From the NCBI GenBank assembly GCA_028534125.1, contig CM052817.1, forward strand, positions 100,256,001-100,320,000: a DNA stretch of 64,000 nucleotides. The letters run 5' to 3'. Every line of letters begins with the position of its first letter. Position 1 is the stretch's first letter. The stretch is from Lama glama (taxonomy: Eukaryota). Position numbers and translations under genes: made by a program. Under the pieces are notes generated by a model, which did no database searches, was not told where the DNA came from, and was given only the letters and a program-made list of their open reading frames with translations. This document shows, piece by piece, positions 13,225 to 26,759 of this stretch.

Positions 13225-13410
13225 AGAGCATGGGTTAGAAGTCAGGCAGACCTGGCTCTGCCACTTCCCTTGGACAAATTATGTAATTCCCTGAGCTTCA
13301 CTTTCATCTGCAAGGGTGGGATAATATAGCACATCTACCCCAATTATAGGAAGGATTACACGAAAACATTAGTGAAAGTGTTGGGTCCAAGAAAAGTACT
13401 CAATAGATCT
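13225..13410 (+). mobile_element. MIR
   Basis: AGTCAGGCAGACCTGG...CTCTGCCACTT...CTTGGACAAATT...TTCATCTGCAA...GGGATAATA. Confidence 0.75.
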
Positions 13411-16400
13411 TCGTGTCTCCTTACCACTTGCAGTCCTGCATTTCATCTGAAGGTCTCTCATTCACGTATATAATTCATTCATTATTCCTTGAACAACTCA
13501 AACACCTCCTTTGTGTTAGATACAGCACCAGGCTTTGGGGATAGAGACAGAAATAAGGCTGACCCTTCAAGAGACCGAAGCAGAGTGGATATTTCCACTG
13601 GGTGCACAAGACAATTAACTAAAGGTGATGTTCTAACAAACACCTAATTCTTTTTTATGCAAATACAAAGGCAGAAATCAAGCTCTGTTAGTCATTTGTC
13701 TTTCCGTGGACACTGAGTCTTTATTAAGTCTAAAAGTCAGATAGGCATGGCTCACGTGTGGTATAGGGTGGCTCTGAGGTCTGAATGGATGCCCCACGAG
13801 GGAAGGAGACAGTGGGCCCCCTACTCACTGAACGCAATTGTAGCATATTACTGCATGTTTATGTGTGCCTGCTAAGTGGGTTCATATCCTTTATTTTTAG
13901 TCGAACTAACTCACCCAAGATGAATAAATGGCTTAAAAAGTTTCCTACAATAAAACTGAATTGAAGATAATTCTCATAATGAGGGTGATTTTCTAATTTG
14001 TCATTCAAATGGGGACTCTTTGAGAGGAAAAGAGGCCCTCTCAATCGCCATACCAGGAAATCGGTGTGAACTGGAAATATCCTAAGCAAATCAGGACATG
14101 TGTTTACCCTACTAAGACTACAAGCACAAGGAAACAATAAGAAGACAGCAGAGCTGACACTCCTTCAGATACAAGCTTTCTATCAGGCACATTCAAGACA
14201 AAAAAAAATTATAATATAAAAACATCTGACAAGAAGCTAAACAAAATATTTCAAGATTATTAAAAAGGATATTTGAAATATGAATTTATATTTATCCTCA
14301 TTCACAATAAACATCACCCTTAGAGTTGACTACTTTTTGGATTTGCATTAACTATCAAATGAAGTCATCATGTTAGCAAAATCTTTTAAAATACTGTCTT
14401 TTTCATCTTTATCTTCCATTTTTCAGTTTAATTTTTATCTATAGTTTGTAAAGTATGTACTCTGTAGTATAGTATTATATGTACATAATTTCATAATAGA
14501 TAATAAATAATGGCAAAAAAAAATTTTGGCTGACAAGGCTACATGATGAAAAATATTTGAAGACCATCGGTCTACAGAGTGCCCTAGTACCAGCCTAATT
14601 GGAGTCCCCTGGCCCTGCATTGTGGGATCAATATTCTAAAGTCCCTCTGAACTCACCAAGTTCAAGATGGAATACATCCTTTCCCGCCAGCAGAACCACA
14701 TTTGACGGCCCATTGTCCCTCACTGATAGCTCCAATTTCCAAGTTCAAGGCTTTTAAGGGAATTTTGACTGTGCCTTTTTCAAGGCCATTCCCCCAATAC
14801 CCACTCATTCTTCAGGTTTCTTCCTCCTTCATTTATTTCCATCCTGTCCGTTTCCTCCAGCCTCTCATCACGTCTCTCCTCGCTTATGATTATAATTTCC
14901 CAACAGCTCCCCTCTCTCTGAGCTCACCCATCCAATCCTTTACGGGCTCTGCAGCCACATTCATCTTTCTTGACTGCTAGGGTCATTCTCTTCCTCCCCC
15001 AACCCTAACTCAAAACGCACAATAATAAGTCTTTCACCCCCTCGAATTTGAAGATTCTTGCAAGTCTTGAAGCAGAATTGCCAGACCTTCTATAATCGAA
15101 CCCCACCCTTTCATTTGATTTATTTAGTCAAAAAAATATATTGTTTAAGCATCTCCTTTATTCTAAACACTGCATGGGTCACTAGACATATGTTAGTGAG
15201 TAACAGAACAGCAACAATTTATGAAGTGCCTGCTGTGTGACACACACTGGGCTGGTGGTGAACAAGATAACACAGTCCCTTCTCACAAGGGCTCATTCTT
15301 TCTCTCAGATCTAAATATCTGACTACCCTCCTCTTCTTTAAATCCTTCAGTCAAAATTCTTTATTCCTTACAAACATGCTAGATTCATTTCCTGGTTCTG
15401 AACAGGGTTCACCATTGCCTCCTGGTCCCACTACCAATGAGCCACCATATTTGTCCATCCTTTAAAGTACCACTCATTCCCTGTAACCCTTGTGGAGCTC
15501 TTCCTGACTGCCAACCCTTATTCATTTCTTCTCTCCAAGGCCCTATACCACGGTGTGCACACGCCCATTCTATTACAGTAGCTATATGCACGCAAAGAGT
15601 CTTCCCACTTAGCCTGCAAAACTCTTGCCTTACGCTTCTGCTCCTGTAGTTGCTTGTTGCCACCACCCTGCCTCTGCTGCTGTAGCTGCTCCTCAAATAT
15701 GATTCAGGAGCACCGAGACTCAGTCAGTGGTCTTGTTAGGGCAGTGGATTATGGGAAGGAGTCTTTTTTTTTTCCCCAGTATATTTTTCATATTCTCTAT
15801 AATGTGGCTATATTACTTTCATAATAAAAATTTTAAATAAAAACAAATAAAATACTTCTTTAATTCAATTTAATTGAAATCCAGAAATAATTGTTCTCAT
15901 TAAGTGGCTAGGCTTTGGCAGTACTAGGGCTAATTTAGACCAGAATGGAAAAATTCAAAAATGGGTATTAGCACATACCAGTGCCTCCAAATAGAAATCA
16001 CTCTTTCTTGATGACAGTCCAGATTTTCTGGGGCACAGCTAATTTTGCCCTAGTTCTGGATTTCCTAGAACACCTTCCAGGGTCAGGCCAGGAGCAGTTG
16101 TCAGAAATATCTCATATCAGGACTTGCTGATAGCCTGTCAGGCCTATAAAAACATATTCATGAAGGTTTCTAGACGTTGCTAGATGAGTCTTGAAGGATT
16201 TTCACTTTCAGTCCATCTTATAAAGGTAGCTTGGGAGAAGGAAAGAAACCCACAGTACCTGCAGGGGCTGGGCTAGGTGCAATGCTGTTTTCTCCCACTG
16301 CCATCAAAACAGAGAGGCATGAGTTAATTGCACAGGATAATGGATATCCTTGGTTTAACTGGCTAATACTTTAAAGTAACAGAATTCAGGGGTGAGATAG

Positions 16401-17861
16401 GTAGACCTCCTGGAAAATTAACAACCAGCCTGAGTTCTGCAGCTGAGCCAAGCAGGTTGGGGTGCCAGTGTGGAATGAATAGCATCTCTGCAAAGCAGAT
16501 AGACGCTCTTCCTCAACCACCAGTCGCCTCCACCTCCTGCCTCTCCCAGTGACTAATTGAGCAGTGAGTTTTATTGCTTCGATCATTTATGTCATATCAT
16601 TTTCTCTCTCTCCCACTTAACTCTCCCTGGTCTGTGAAGGGCAGTTTTGATATCCAGCCCTGTTGAAAGCTGCTGGACTGGTTCAACAGACCATGCATAT
16701 GGAATATTAAACTGTTGGTGCCTCTCTCCACCTTGGTTCTGCTGAAAAGAAAAATACATTTCCATTCCACTTTCCCAATAAAGATAGCCCAGAACATTCA
16801 GCTCTTTGGGGATGTGGATAATAAATAGAGGAGGCAGAGAAGCTTAGGGGACCACAGGACAGGCTGTGTTTCTGTTCAGATGTTCTTTGCTTTAAGATCA
16901 TATCATGGGGGTGTGAAGGGTTTAGGAATGGAAAACTTCAGGATCATACAAAATAAGCACTCCAAATGCTTTATTTCTCTGAAGAGATATGACGATCACA
17001 TTTGGGAGGGAAGTTGTCCCAGATGATAAATGCTCATTCTGTTCCAGTTCCCACCTCTTCTTACTCCTACAGAGGAAATGTTAGCCACGCTCCAATGCGC
17101 AGCACTACTGTAAACACCTCTCTTCAGTCAGTTCCAACTGCAGAATGAACTCTCGTGAGAACAAGATAACACGGGGAAATCAAGTGTCCAAGGACTGTAG
17201 ATTTCAGCATCTTCCCCAGTGCCATCTGAGCAAAAGGGCTTCCACAGAGTGGAGAGGCCTCCAAGCGTGAATCCAATTCAGGATAAACAAGGCAAGCTGC
17301 CAGTGGCCTTCTCTTTCCCCAACAGGGTTACATAAGCACCTTCCCGCTTTTACAAAAATTAGAAACTCTATTGATTTAGTGCTCACCATGCCGCTGTGTG
17401 ATTTATGACCCCGAAGATGTCTGATGGGGTTCGGGCTGCTTTGTGAGGGTCCAGGCCAAAAACACAATGAAGAAATGTAGAAGGCACTTTCTTCATTTAC
17501 AGATAAGCCTCTGAAAATCTCATCCTTGTCTCTAAATTCACCTCTGCTTTGCTTAAAGCCCCCTTTAGATAAATCAAGGGAGAAATTAAACTTCAGATTT
17601 GACCACTTCCTTTGCAAATATTTATTTCTTTGGAACAGAAATACCATCACAGCTGCCTTATTCTGCTTTCTGATGATCTCTTCAACTCTTTCCATCCTTC
17701 TGGTTGAGTTATGTAAGTTCTTGATGTACTATTGCTTATTTCAACCAACATTTATTGGACATCTGTTTTATGCCAGCATCGTGATATATTTATGAAACTA
17801 GCAAAAATGAATGCATGAAAACTTACAGTCCTTCCTTCAAAGAGCTGTCAGTATAGTAGGT

Positions 17862-18302
17862 GTGTAGCAGAAATGGATAGCTGTATAACAGACTTCATGC
17901 AACACTTCCATAATGTAGAATGTCATTAGAAGGTAGCTGTTCATCCAAGAACCACATATCCTAACTTCTCTGCACCCAGGTGGAGTCATGTGACTATTTC
18001 TAGTTCTAAACATGAGCAGACATGTTGGCTGCCCATCACCCCCCCCCCATGCTTTCTTCCTCTACTCTCTGGGCAGAAAGAAGATGAGCCCCAGGGGAGC
18101 CTTGGAAACCATGTACTGAAAATGGCAAACTTCCATCAGCCTGGATCCCCGAATGATTGTATGGAGGAAGGATACCGGCTGACTTATTCACCTGCCCTGT
18201 GCAGTTATAACATCAACAAGAAATACATCCCTACGGTGTTTGAGCCAGTATGTATTTTCTAGGTCTGTTAATTTCAGCAGTTATCCTACCCTATCTAATA
18301 CA
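17862..18302 (+). mobile_element. MaLR LTR (MLT1J-like)
   Basis: GTCATGTGACTA...CAGCCTGGATCCCCGAATGA...AAGAAATA...TGTTTGAGCCA...CTAATACA terminus. Confidence 0.7.
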
Positions 18303-18489
18303 GGGGAGAAATTGATGTATCCAAATAATAATAACTCAGCATTGTGAACACAGGGTTGGGAAAAGCATGGAAGTAGCTAAGTTTCCAAATTGGAACAATT
18401 TTGCAGTGAAAACCCTGGTCCAGGAGCAGCATCTTTGTATTAAAGGGGCATAATGGGCAAGGACATCAAAATGGAATAAAGGAATCCTC

Positions 18490-18893
18490 CTCTTAAGTTC
18501 AAAATTATGTTTCCTAATGTGTTAATAGATATTATAAGTCAAATAGGTTGGAATAACTGGATTAAACGAAGCTTTATAGATGTCTTCCTCTTAATATTCC
18601 ACTATGCACTGGCTCAACGCTGCTTAAAATCTTCCAATAACTGCCTGTTCTAATCATAAAAGCCGAAGTCCTTACCGTGGTTTACAAGACCTTACACGAT
18701 CCGCCTCTGCCTTTTCTCCAACTTTACCTTATGCTATGACCAGGCATTGAATGACTTGTTCATCACTGTATCCCTAACACTTAGGAAATAAATTGTGAAA
18801 GTGTTTCCCAAACTTATTTGATCGAGGAATTCTAATTTGAAGAGCATCTTGGAAACTGGTATTTTTGCGGGGGACACGTTTTAGTAAATGCTG
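18490..18893. mobile_element. hAT MER103-like element interrupted by an L2 fragment (~18615-18785)
   Basis: AGTGTTTCCCAAACTTATTTGA...GGACACGTTTTAGTAAATGCTG end. The internal segment is L2-like. Confidence 0.55.
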
Positions 18894-20195
18894 GTTTCAA
18901 GGAAAGCCTAAATCTTTAGGGAACCAGCCCTAAATATTTCCCCATAATTTCATGTGGATTCAGAAACACACACAAATACAGAGAAGAATTGTAGTTCATC
19001 TTATCAGGCATTGGGGATAAAGAAGTATCCTTTGTTGCTGTGTGGAAGACTTTGGGAGCAACCTGAAAAGAGCTTCATAAAGTGAATGGAAAATAGATAG
19101 CTAGACTCTTCATGACTTCATTGCTTCTCTCCTCATCTGCCAAGTTATTGACGGTGATGCCAGGTCAAAGAACTCCCATTGGGCTTAGTGGCCAAGTGTC
19201 AACAGCACATAACTGATTTAATCTCTTGAAATTCATCAAAGATCTGACCTGCCATTTGATTTTGAACCAGTTGAGTTATTATCAGTGGCTTTCCTATGGA
19301 AAAGTAGAGTAGATTCAGCTTTAGTGAACCTCCACCTTTCTTTCCATTTTCCATCACTTCTTCCTGCTCTCCAAAGGAGGTAGGGCTCACCTTCCACACC
19401 TGTCGTCCCGCAGGGAGTCTGGCATTTGCTGAGAAGTCAGGTGAGTTTTCTCCTCACCATTATCATCCATTGAGTATTTGCTCACTTCCTCTGAGGCTCT
19501 GATTGCTGTACGTCTCTGTAGAGCAACCCCTTGAGAGGCTGGCATCTTAAGGTCAAAGAAATGAGGGAACAGAGCAGTTAATCACACGCAACTCCCATCT
19601 GTTAATAAACAATGTAAATGGAATGGAATTCATCATTTGCGTTTGGAGACACAAAGGTTAAGTGCTTTGTCCCACCCTACAAATCAAGACATTGTCAGAG
19701 CCCAGCATGGAATAGAGAAAATTGACAGGGCTCTTTTCAACCCACCCAACACCTTCTCTTTTCACATTCCTCCGCAGTAGAAGTCAGCAAGTGGCAGTTA
19801 GAAAAAAACTTCAAGCACCCAGAGCAATTGATGGATGTTTGAAGTAAAACTATGAGAGTCCAAGTAGAAATGTTCAGTCAACAGACTCCAATTTTCGCCA
19901 CATCAAAAGGCATGTTTGATTTGCTAAATTTCATCCCATCCCATATAAAACAAATGGGTGCCATTTAAAGAAAGTGTTTCAAAATTCTCCAATAGTATAG
20001 ACTCATTCACTCCTCATTTCCAGACTTGTTAAATAAGACAGCATGCCATCTCATCACATCTGAAAGTCATTTGGGCAAGATCTAAAGAAAAATATTTCCT
20101 GGACATTACTCTTTAATATGACTTTTCTTAAAGTGCCAAGGAGCAGAGAGAAATATGAAAAAACAGCATGGACTAGTTGGCTGTCAGCCCACTCC

Positions 20196-20537
20196 TGAAC
20201 ATAGTTCCCTGTGCTGTACAGTAAATCCTTGTTGTTTATCTATTTTATATACAGTAGTGTGTATCTATTAATCCCAAACTCCTAATCTATGCCTTACCCC
20301 CCCTTCCTCCCCTGATAACCACAGTTTGTTTTCTAAGTCTGTGAGTCTATATCTGGCTTATGAGTAAAATTTGTATCTTTTCTTCCTTTCTTCCTTCCTT
20401 TCTTTCTTTCTTTCTATCCTTCCTTCCTTCCTTCCTCCCTCCCTTCCTTCCTGCTTGCTTTCCACATACAAACGACATCATATGATACTTGTCTTTCTCT
20501 GTCTGACTTACTTCACTTAATATGATCATCTCTAGGT
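20196..20537 (-). mobile_element. L1 3' fragment with an internal (TTCC/TTTC)n tract at ~20376-20461
   Basis: ATAGTTCCCTGTGCTGTACAGTA...CTGACTTACTTCACTTA; translation IILSEVSQTEKDKYHM is the L1 ORF2 end. Confidence 0.88.
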
Positions 20538-20684
20538 AAGCAAAGGACAAGGCTTAATCCTCAGATGGATACATTAGTTCCCAACTTGTCAGGGGCATGG
20601 AGTGCACTGTCTTGAAATCCCATTATTTCAGAGAAGATGGAGTGAGCAAGGGTGGGTGAATCAGTGGAAAGTACACTTTCTCCA

Positions 20685-21130
20685 AACGCTGCTTCTTATC
20701 TTTAAGATTAAGTCCAAATTCCCCAGTATAGCTGACCAGACCTGCCATGATCTGGCCTTGGTCAATATTTCCAGCCTCATCTTTCAACACTCTCTCATAT
20801 AACCCTGGGCTCCAGCCTTGATGCTGTGCTTGAGGTTGCTAGAACGTTCCAGGCTCTTTCTTTCCCTCTCTGACTTTTATATAAGTTTTTTGCAGTTGCT
20901 GGGAATTCCTCAAGGAATGTACAAATGTTCTTTACTCTGGGAAGCATGCCAGGCAGAGTTAAGGGCTTCCACTTTTGTGTACCCATGGTACCTTAAAATA
21001 TACTTTTTTATAGCATAACCTGTTTTAGAGATTCTGTGTTTACATGTTTCTTTTCCCTTAAATTGGGAGCTCCTAGAGGGGACTGGGCTTGGCACAATAC
21101 AGGTGCCCAACAAATGTTTGCTAAATGGAG
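20685..21130 (+). mobile_element. L2 3' region
   Basis: AAGTCCAAATTCC...ATGATCTGGCC...GAGCTCCTAGAGGG...TTGGCACA...AAATGTTTG. Confidence 0.65.
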
Positions 21131-23642
21131 GATCTGATTATTAGAAATACAACCTAAAGTGCATTCTCTGAGAAGAGTGGGCTGGAAGTCTTATCTTTCC
21201 TGCATAATTTTATCCATGAGTCTTACATGTTCATGCGGTAGATTCTTCAGTCATGATTCTGAGTCTGCTAATGACTCTTTGGGATGATATGATATAGTCT
21301 TACACATTTAATACAGAAAAAAACATGTTAAAAATTCCTATGGAACAGTATTTCAAATTTATTAAACAATATTCAAACTATATTTGCATACAGTATATTT
21401 TCAAACTTTATTTGCATACAGTAAAATTGTGCACTGTGTTAGTGAGATTCTATTGTTTCCATCCATTAGTGAGAGGTCCTGAACAAGGACCTCTCTTTTC
21501 TTTTCACCAAGAAAAGAATGGTAAAGTAAGTTGATGTTACTCCATGCCCTTTTTTTTAGCTGCAAATATGGAGGCAAGAATGTTCCTAGATGGGTTATTG
21601 CATGATTTATAATCCTCTCAGTCCTCAGAAACAAATTAAAGTCTAGCAGATGGTTCTCAGAAGCCCTGTAATGCAGTTTGTCTGTAGCTATAGTTACATG
21701 TTTCAAGAGTCAGAAACATCTTAGTGAACTGTTATTGAATTGTAGAGCTTCTCCAAGATGCAGAAAGGCTTCTCCGCCCAGAAGCATCGGCCCAAGAGGA
21801 TGTGTGACTCTGAGGCAGCCCATCCTTCCAGCTCATTTCCTGGCAGGTGTTTTCCCACTGCCTGAGGCTCCCCTTCCCAGGCAGCCCTCGTCTCAAGGAA
21901 CAAACCACAGAAGCAGCCTTGGTCCCATTTGATGGATGAGTCTTGACATGGAGTAACTGATCCCCCTAGAGGGTATATTCCACGAAGAGATAGATTTTGT
22001 TGGTTTTATTCACAGAAATATCCCAGGCTCTGGAAGAGTGTGGGCATGCAGTAGGCATACAATAAGTGTAGAATGAATGAGTGAATAAAAGATTCTGAGA
22101 GTCGGACTTCTTGGCGTCCCTCTGTGTGACCGTTGTGAGTTCCCCAAGCACCGAGAAATTCTTCTCAGAGGGACAGCATCAGTAGGGGTGGGCCTGAGTT
22201 CTAAAGGCTGTGGGTCAGCTCCTCTCTCCCCACCTCGTGCTCAGCCCGGTTCTTGCCTAGGTTCCCAGTCAAGTCTCCTTCTCCTGTTGGACATCCACAC
22301 ACCCTTTTCAGGTATATACCCCTGAGAAAGCAGTTTGTTTCTCTAGGGCTGGAGATGGCTGCTCTTTGCTTTGTCTGTTCATTGAACTTCTATATTCCAC
22401 AATCCATGCCTCCGCTCTGGGGTGTAGTGGCAGGTCCTGGTCCTTCCTCAAAGCCCCGCCTCCCAGTGAGTAAAAGCCATCCCTGTCCAGTAGGTCCTGA
22501 ACTCTAATTAAAGTTCCAAGAAAAAATAAGAGCCCACTGATGCCTTGGTGCTGAAGCAAATGAGGTCCTCTGAGAGAATTATGGGTGCATCTCTAACTGG
22601 ACACTCGAGCTGTAGCTCTTCATCCGTTGGTATATTTTTCTGATTCTAGCTCTTTGCTTGAAGCACAAAATCCCAAGCCCCAGAAGACTCAACTTCTTCC
22701 CTTCAATGGTGCTTTTCAGACGAGACCCTTTGGAGATTACCAAGGGTCATTTTCATCAAAATGAAAGACATCTCTTATTATGATGGCTTTGCTGACAAAT
22801 AATTAAGATGAATTACTAGCCTGTACTTGTCCCAGCTGCCTCATTGATGTCCATTTGGAGTAGGTATATGAAGCTCGCAGTCCATGCCTCAGCTCTTTAA
22901 AAGCAATTTATAACCTAACTCACCATCCTAACTACCTGAGAAGATTTTAATCCTGAACCTGTCACCACCCATTATTTTCACCGGCTCCTGACAGTTCTAC
23001 ATTAAAACAGTTTATAAGTAAAAGTTAACAAGGCCTAGAGAGAGTGATTTATGTTTCAGTGTGTCAAACAGTCAACATTCTTTCCCTGGCCAAAGATAGC
23101 CCAGCGCTCTCTGCGGTCGGAGAGAAGGAAATTATCCCACAGAGATGAATGGCGCGTGCCTTCGGGCAGGTGGCTGATGTGTGGTGCTGGGCCCGAGGCC
23201 CGGGCGTCAAGCAAAGCTGGTGAATAAAAGGAACAAACTGCAGCCCCGTCCTCCCCTCAATCCCCCATCCTTTCCGGCATCACCACCCTCCTGGGTCTCC
23301 ATCAGTCCACAGGTATTTGGCAGTATGAAGGAAGTGTGAGCTTTCGCCTGTGTAGAATGTTGATGACTCAGAAAGTCCCCTTGATTCCTCATTGCCCACG
23401 GCGAGGTGTTACAAAACTGTCCTGTTTGCCGCTGACAAATATGGATGCTGAGTCAGAGGACGTAGGAGAGGTATTCATGTAGTCGATACCCCGCCCACCC
23501 AGCCGCTGAAACCCAGCACTGCAGAGAAGGCAAAACAAGCTGATGCTTTCGTCAACCCTGCCTTCCTGCCCCAGTGAGCTGGTGAACACGCTTCGGAGAA
23601 GCTGTCCTTTCTGTAAGAGGATGCCCCTCTCCCACCCCAGTG

Positions 23643-24051
23643 GTATAAGCTTTCCAGAGCTGCTGCAACAAAATACCACACACTGGGTGGCTTAACAGCA
23701 GAAGTGAGTTTTCTCACCGTTCCAGAGGCTAGAGGTCTAAGACGGAGGTGTCTGCAGGTTTAGTTTCTTCTGAGGCCTCTCCCCTCAGCTTGCAGACGGC
23801 TGCCTTCCCCCTGTGTGTTCACATCGACTTCCCTCTGTGCACCCACAACCCTGGTGTCTTTCTGTGGGTCCAAATTTCCTCTTCTCATAAGGACATCCGT
23901 CAGATTGGATTAGGGCCCCAACTAGCAGCCTCATTTTCACTTAATCATTTCTTGAAAGGCCCTTTCTCCAAAGAAAGTCATGTTCTGTGGTATGGGGGTT
24001 AGGGCTTTCACACGTGAATCTGGCAGAGGGGACACAATTCAGCCCATTGCA
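23643..24051 (-). mobile_element. MaLR LTR (MLT1A-like)
   Basis: GCTGCTGCAACAAAATACCACACACTGGGTGGCTTAA...AAATTTCCTCTTCTCATAAGGACA...GGGACACAATTCAGCCCAT. Confidence 0.88.
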
Positions 24052-24907
24052 AAAACACTCCGGCTGAAAACACCTTCAGAGGAAGGAGGTCAAGGTTTCT
24101 CTGACCCGATATGGCCAAGATCATCCCATTTTGAGGCATAACGGACAACCCATTTTGCAAAAGGAAATAGAAATGCCATCTTCAGGAAGCTATCACAGCA
24201 GCTACAAGCAGCTTAGTAAACGAACGCCTCTCCAAGACATGAATTGTCTCCTTCCTTTAGTGCATCGTTGATCAAATCTTTCTCCTCTTTTTAAAGACGG
24301 GGACTCTTCCTTCCTGGTTTTCTTCAAGTGCATCATTAGGGCGACATCCTCTCGTTGCCACGACTGCATTCCATTTTGGGTCCCCAAGTTCTAAATGCGA
24401 ACAGAAACTAATTTAGAGCGCTCCGTCCGAGGCTGGTATGGCAGATATTTCTCCATCCATTATTCCAAGTTATAATAAGCGGGTGTGATTGGAGCTGCTC
24501 CCAAGATAAGCAGGCCATAATATTTTCACAGTCACCATGATCACAGACTAAGATAAGAGGCCCACGTGCTATTTTTACTCCCTAGCTTTTTTTTTTTTTT
24601 TAACTCCTGGCATTAAACACAAGGAACACAAGTGAAAAACAAACTGCCTCAGCCCCTGCAGCAGAATACAGCACGTCCAACCTCTTTCTCTGTTTTTCAG
24701 GCAGGCTCTGATGTTCCTCCAGGATGGCATAGATCTTACTGAGGTGATTTGGTACCGAGGAGATGCCTCTTAATTGTGTTTGCAGCCCAGAGCAGAAAGC
24801 ATGCCCATTCGAGGTACTTGTTGTATCATTTTTAAATCAAGGCCATCTTTTTCTCAGTGGTAAACGTGAAATGTTTTTAAAGGCCAGACTTAGCATAAAA
24901 TCTATTG

Positions 24908-24921
24908 GTTGCCATGGATAC
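24908..24921. promoter_or_regulatory. RFX X-box motif
   Basis: GTTGCCATGGATAC, 12/14 to GTTGCCATGGCAAC, in non-repeat DNA. Motif only; binding not shown. Confidence 0.5.
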
Positions 24922-25721
24922 CACTTACCACACAGGACTGCGCTCTGTGTTCAACTGTGTGATTTTCTCTATTCAAAGGTTCAGCATTGTCAAAAAAAAA
25001 AAAACACAACAACCCAAATTACTTTTTCTGTTGTTTATCTCGAAGTTCATTATGGGGAAGGCGATAAATAAGAAGATATTCACGTATGGAGGGGAGCCAT
25101 GGAGGGAGTCACTTGGGCGCTCTGCCTCAAAAATTCAGTATTTTACAATAATTATAGCCAAATTGGCTATTGTTAGGAAATAAAATGCATTTTGATCTTT
25201 TTTGTGTGTGTGAATATAAAGTAAAGCAGGTACTTGGAAGTCTGCTCCCAACAAAATTACATGGTAATAAGGCTTTTCACACCTACACAGCACTTAGAAA
25301 CTCTGAAAGAGGAAGATTTAGCTCTGATAGGTTTCAGACTTGGTACCCAAGGCTCCTGGCTTTCCTCTTTATGAGAGAAAATGTGGGTTCAGGACCTCGT
25401 GCTCACTGAATTATTCATGCCATCTTTCTACCACGTATCTTTAGGGTTGAAACCTATTAGGCTGCTAGGATTAAGTGCACTGGTCCACCCCACTCCCACA
25501 CTGCCCCGACACCCTCACGGCCCGCCTGGTCCCCAGCGCCCTGCTAATTAGCTTGAACATTTGCAGTTGGCAACTCCTTCCAAGTCCCACTTCTTCTTTC
25601 AAGTCCCACCTCCACGCCTCCAAAAGAACAAAACAAAACAAAACAAAAAGGTAGGAAAAAGAATTGACAGAAGTAGCAAGAGGGAGTTTCACACATGACT
25701 GGAGGGTACTCAGGGATAATT

Positions 25722-25750
25722 TGACGTCAGCAAGTTCCCATTGGCGGAAG
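25722..25750. promoter_or_regulatory. CRE + CCAAT + ETS motif cluster
   Basis: TGACGTCA 25722-25729, ATTGG 25740-25744, CGGAAG 25745-25750. Confidence 0.45.
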
Positions 25751-26759
25751 GCGGCAGTATTTTCCTAGCAGTCCCAATTAATCAAGGAATGCCCTGAACG
25801 TTGACTTGTTACTTCTTTAAGATGCTCTAGGGTCACCTCTCCAACAGTTTTTCCAACTCCTTGATTCGGGCGATTTGCATGACAATGAGGTAAAGGGGAG
25901 ACCCTAATGAAGGCATCTGTTTTTGAATGTGCTCCTAAGTACTGGATGCCCCTAATAACAGCCTGAGGGGAGATGGAATTCTCCTTTGGGTTCACCGGAA
26001 AGCAGCACACTGATGCCCGCTAATATGCAAATTCTAACTTGTCACCAACATTAAGCCTGTAGCTGGTAGGGATGTCGAGGCCGCAGTGCAACAGTCAAAT
26101 TGCTGCCCTGGGAAAGCTCACTTGTGGGATTCACTGCAATTAATTTACATCTGGCAAACACAAACACAAGGCAAAATGAAAGCGAGAATGCCCCAGAAAA
26201 GCGCAAGGGGTATTGATAATCATGTGTACTCACTCGCCCAGGTGGGAAACTTGCTGAGTGTGACCTGCAGTTTCAGCCTCCCACCCAAGAAACAGAGGAG
26301 AGAGCTCCCTGAGCCAAGAGATTTGCTTGCAGGAAATCAGACGAGGCGGCTCAGTGAAGGTAGGGTCGTGATCTGTTTTGCTCATCAGTGTATTCTACTG
26401 CCTAGAACATTGGCCAGCACACAGTAGGTACACAAGAAATCTTTGTTATTGAGATAAGCAGTAGGTGGTTCTCAAGAGGTAGTTGCATCAATTGCTGTCT
26501 TTCTTGCAAATAATGAACACCAACTCTCATTAGCTTGAGCAGAGAAGGGAGAGGCAGCTGTGCATTGGGGAAAGGTGAAAAAACCAGGCAGGAATTAGCG
26601 CAGTTCCGAATGCCTAGGTGACAGGTTCTGCCACTGGGGAGGATTGGCTCCAACCATTTTCGTGCTTCTTGGCACTCTGCTCAAAATTAAAATTTCTAGG
26701 GAGCGTGTTTGAGGGAGAGAGTCCTTTACCCAGCTTGGATTATGTGCTCAACTTTTGCC

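Noticed and set aside
17204..17695. 163-aa minus-strand ORF
   Set aside because: No recognisable family; length is within chance expectation for six frames of 64 kb.
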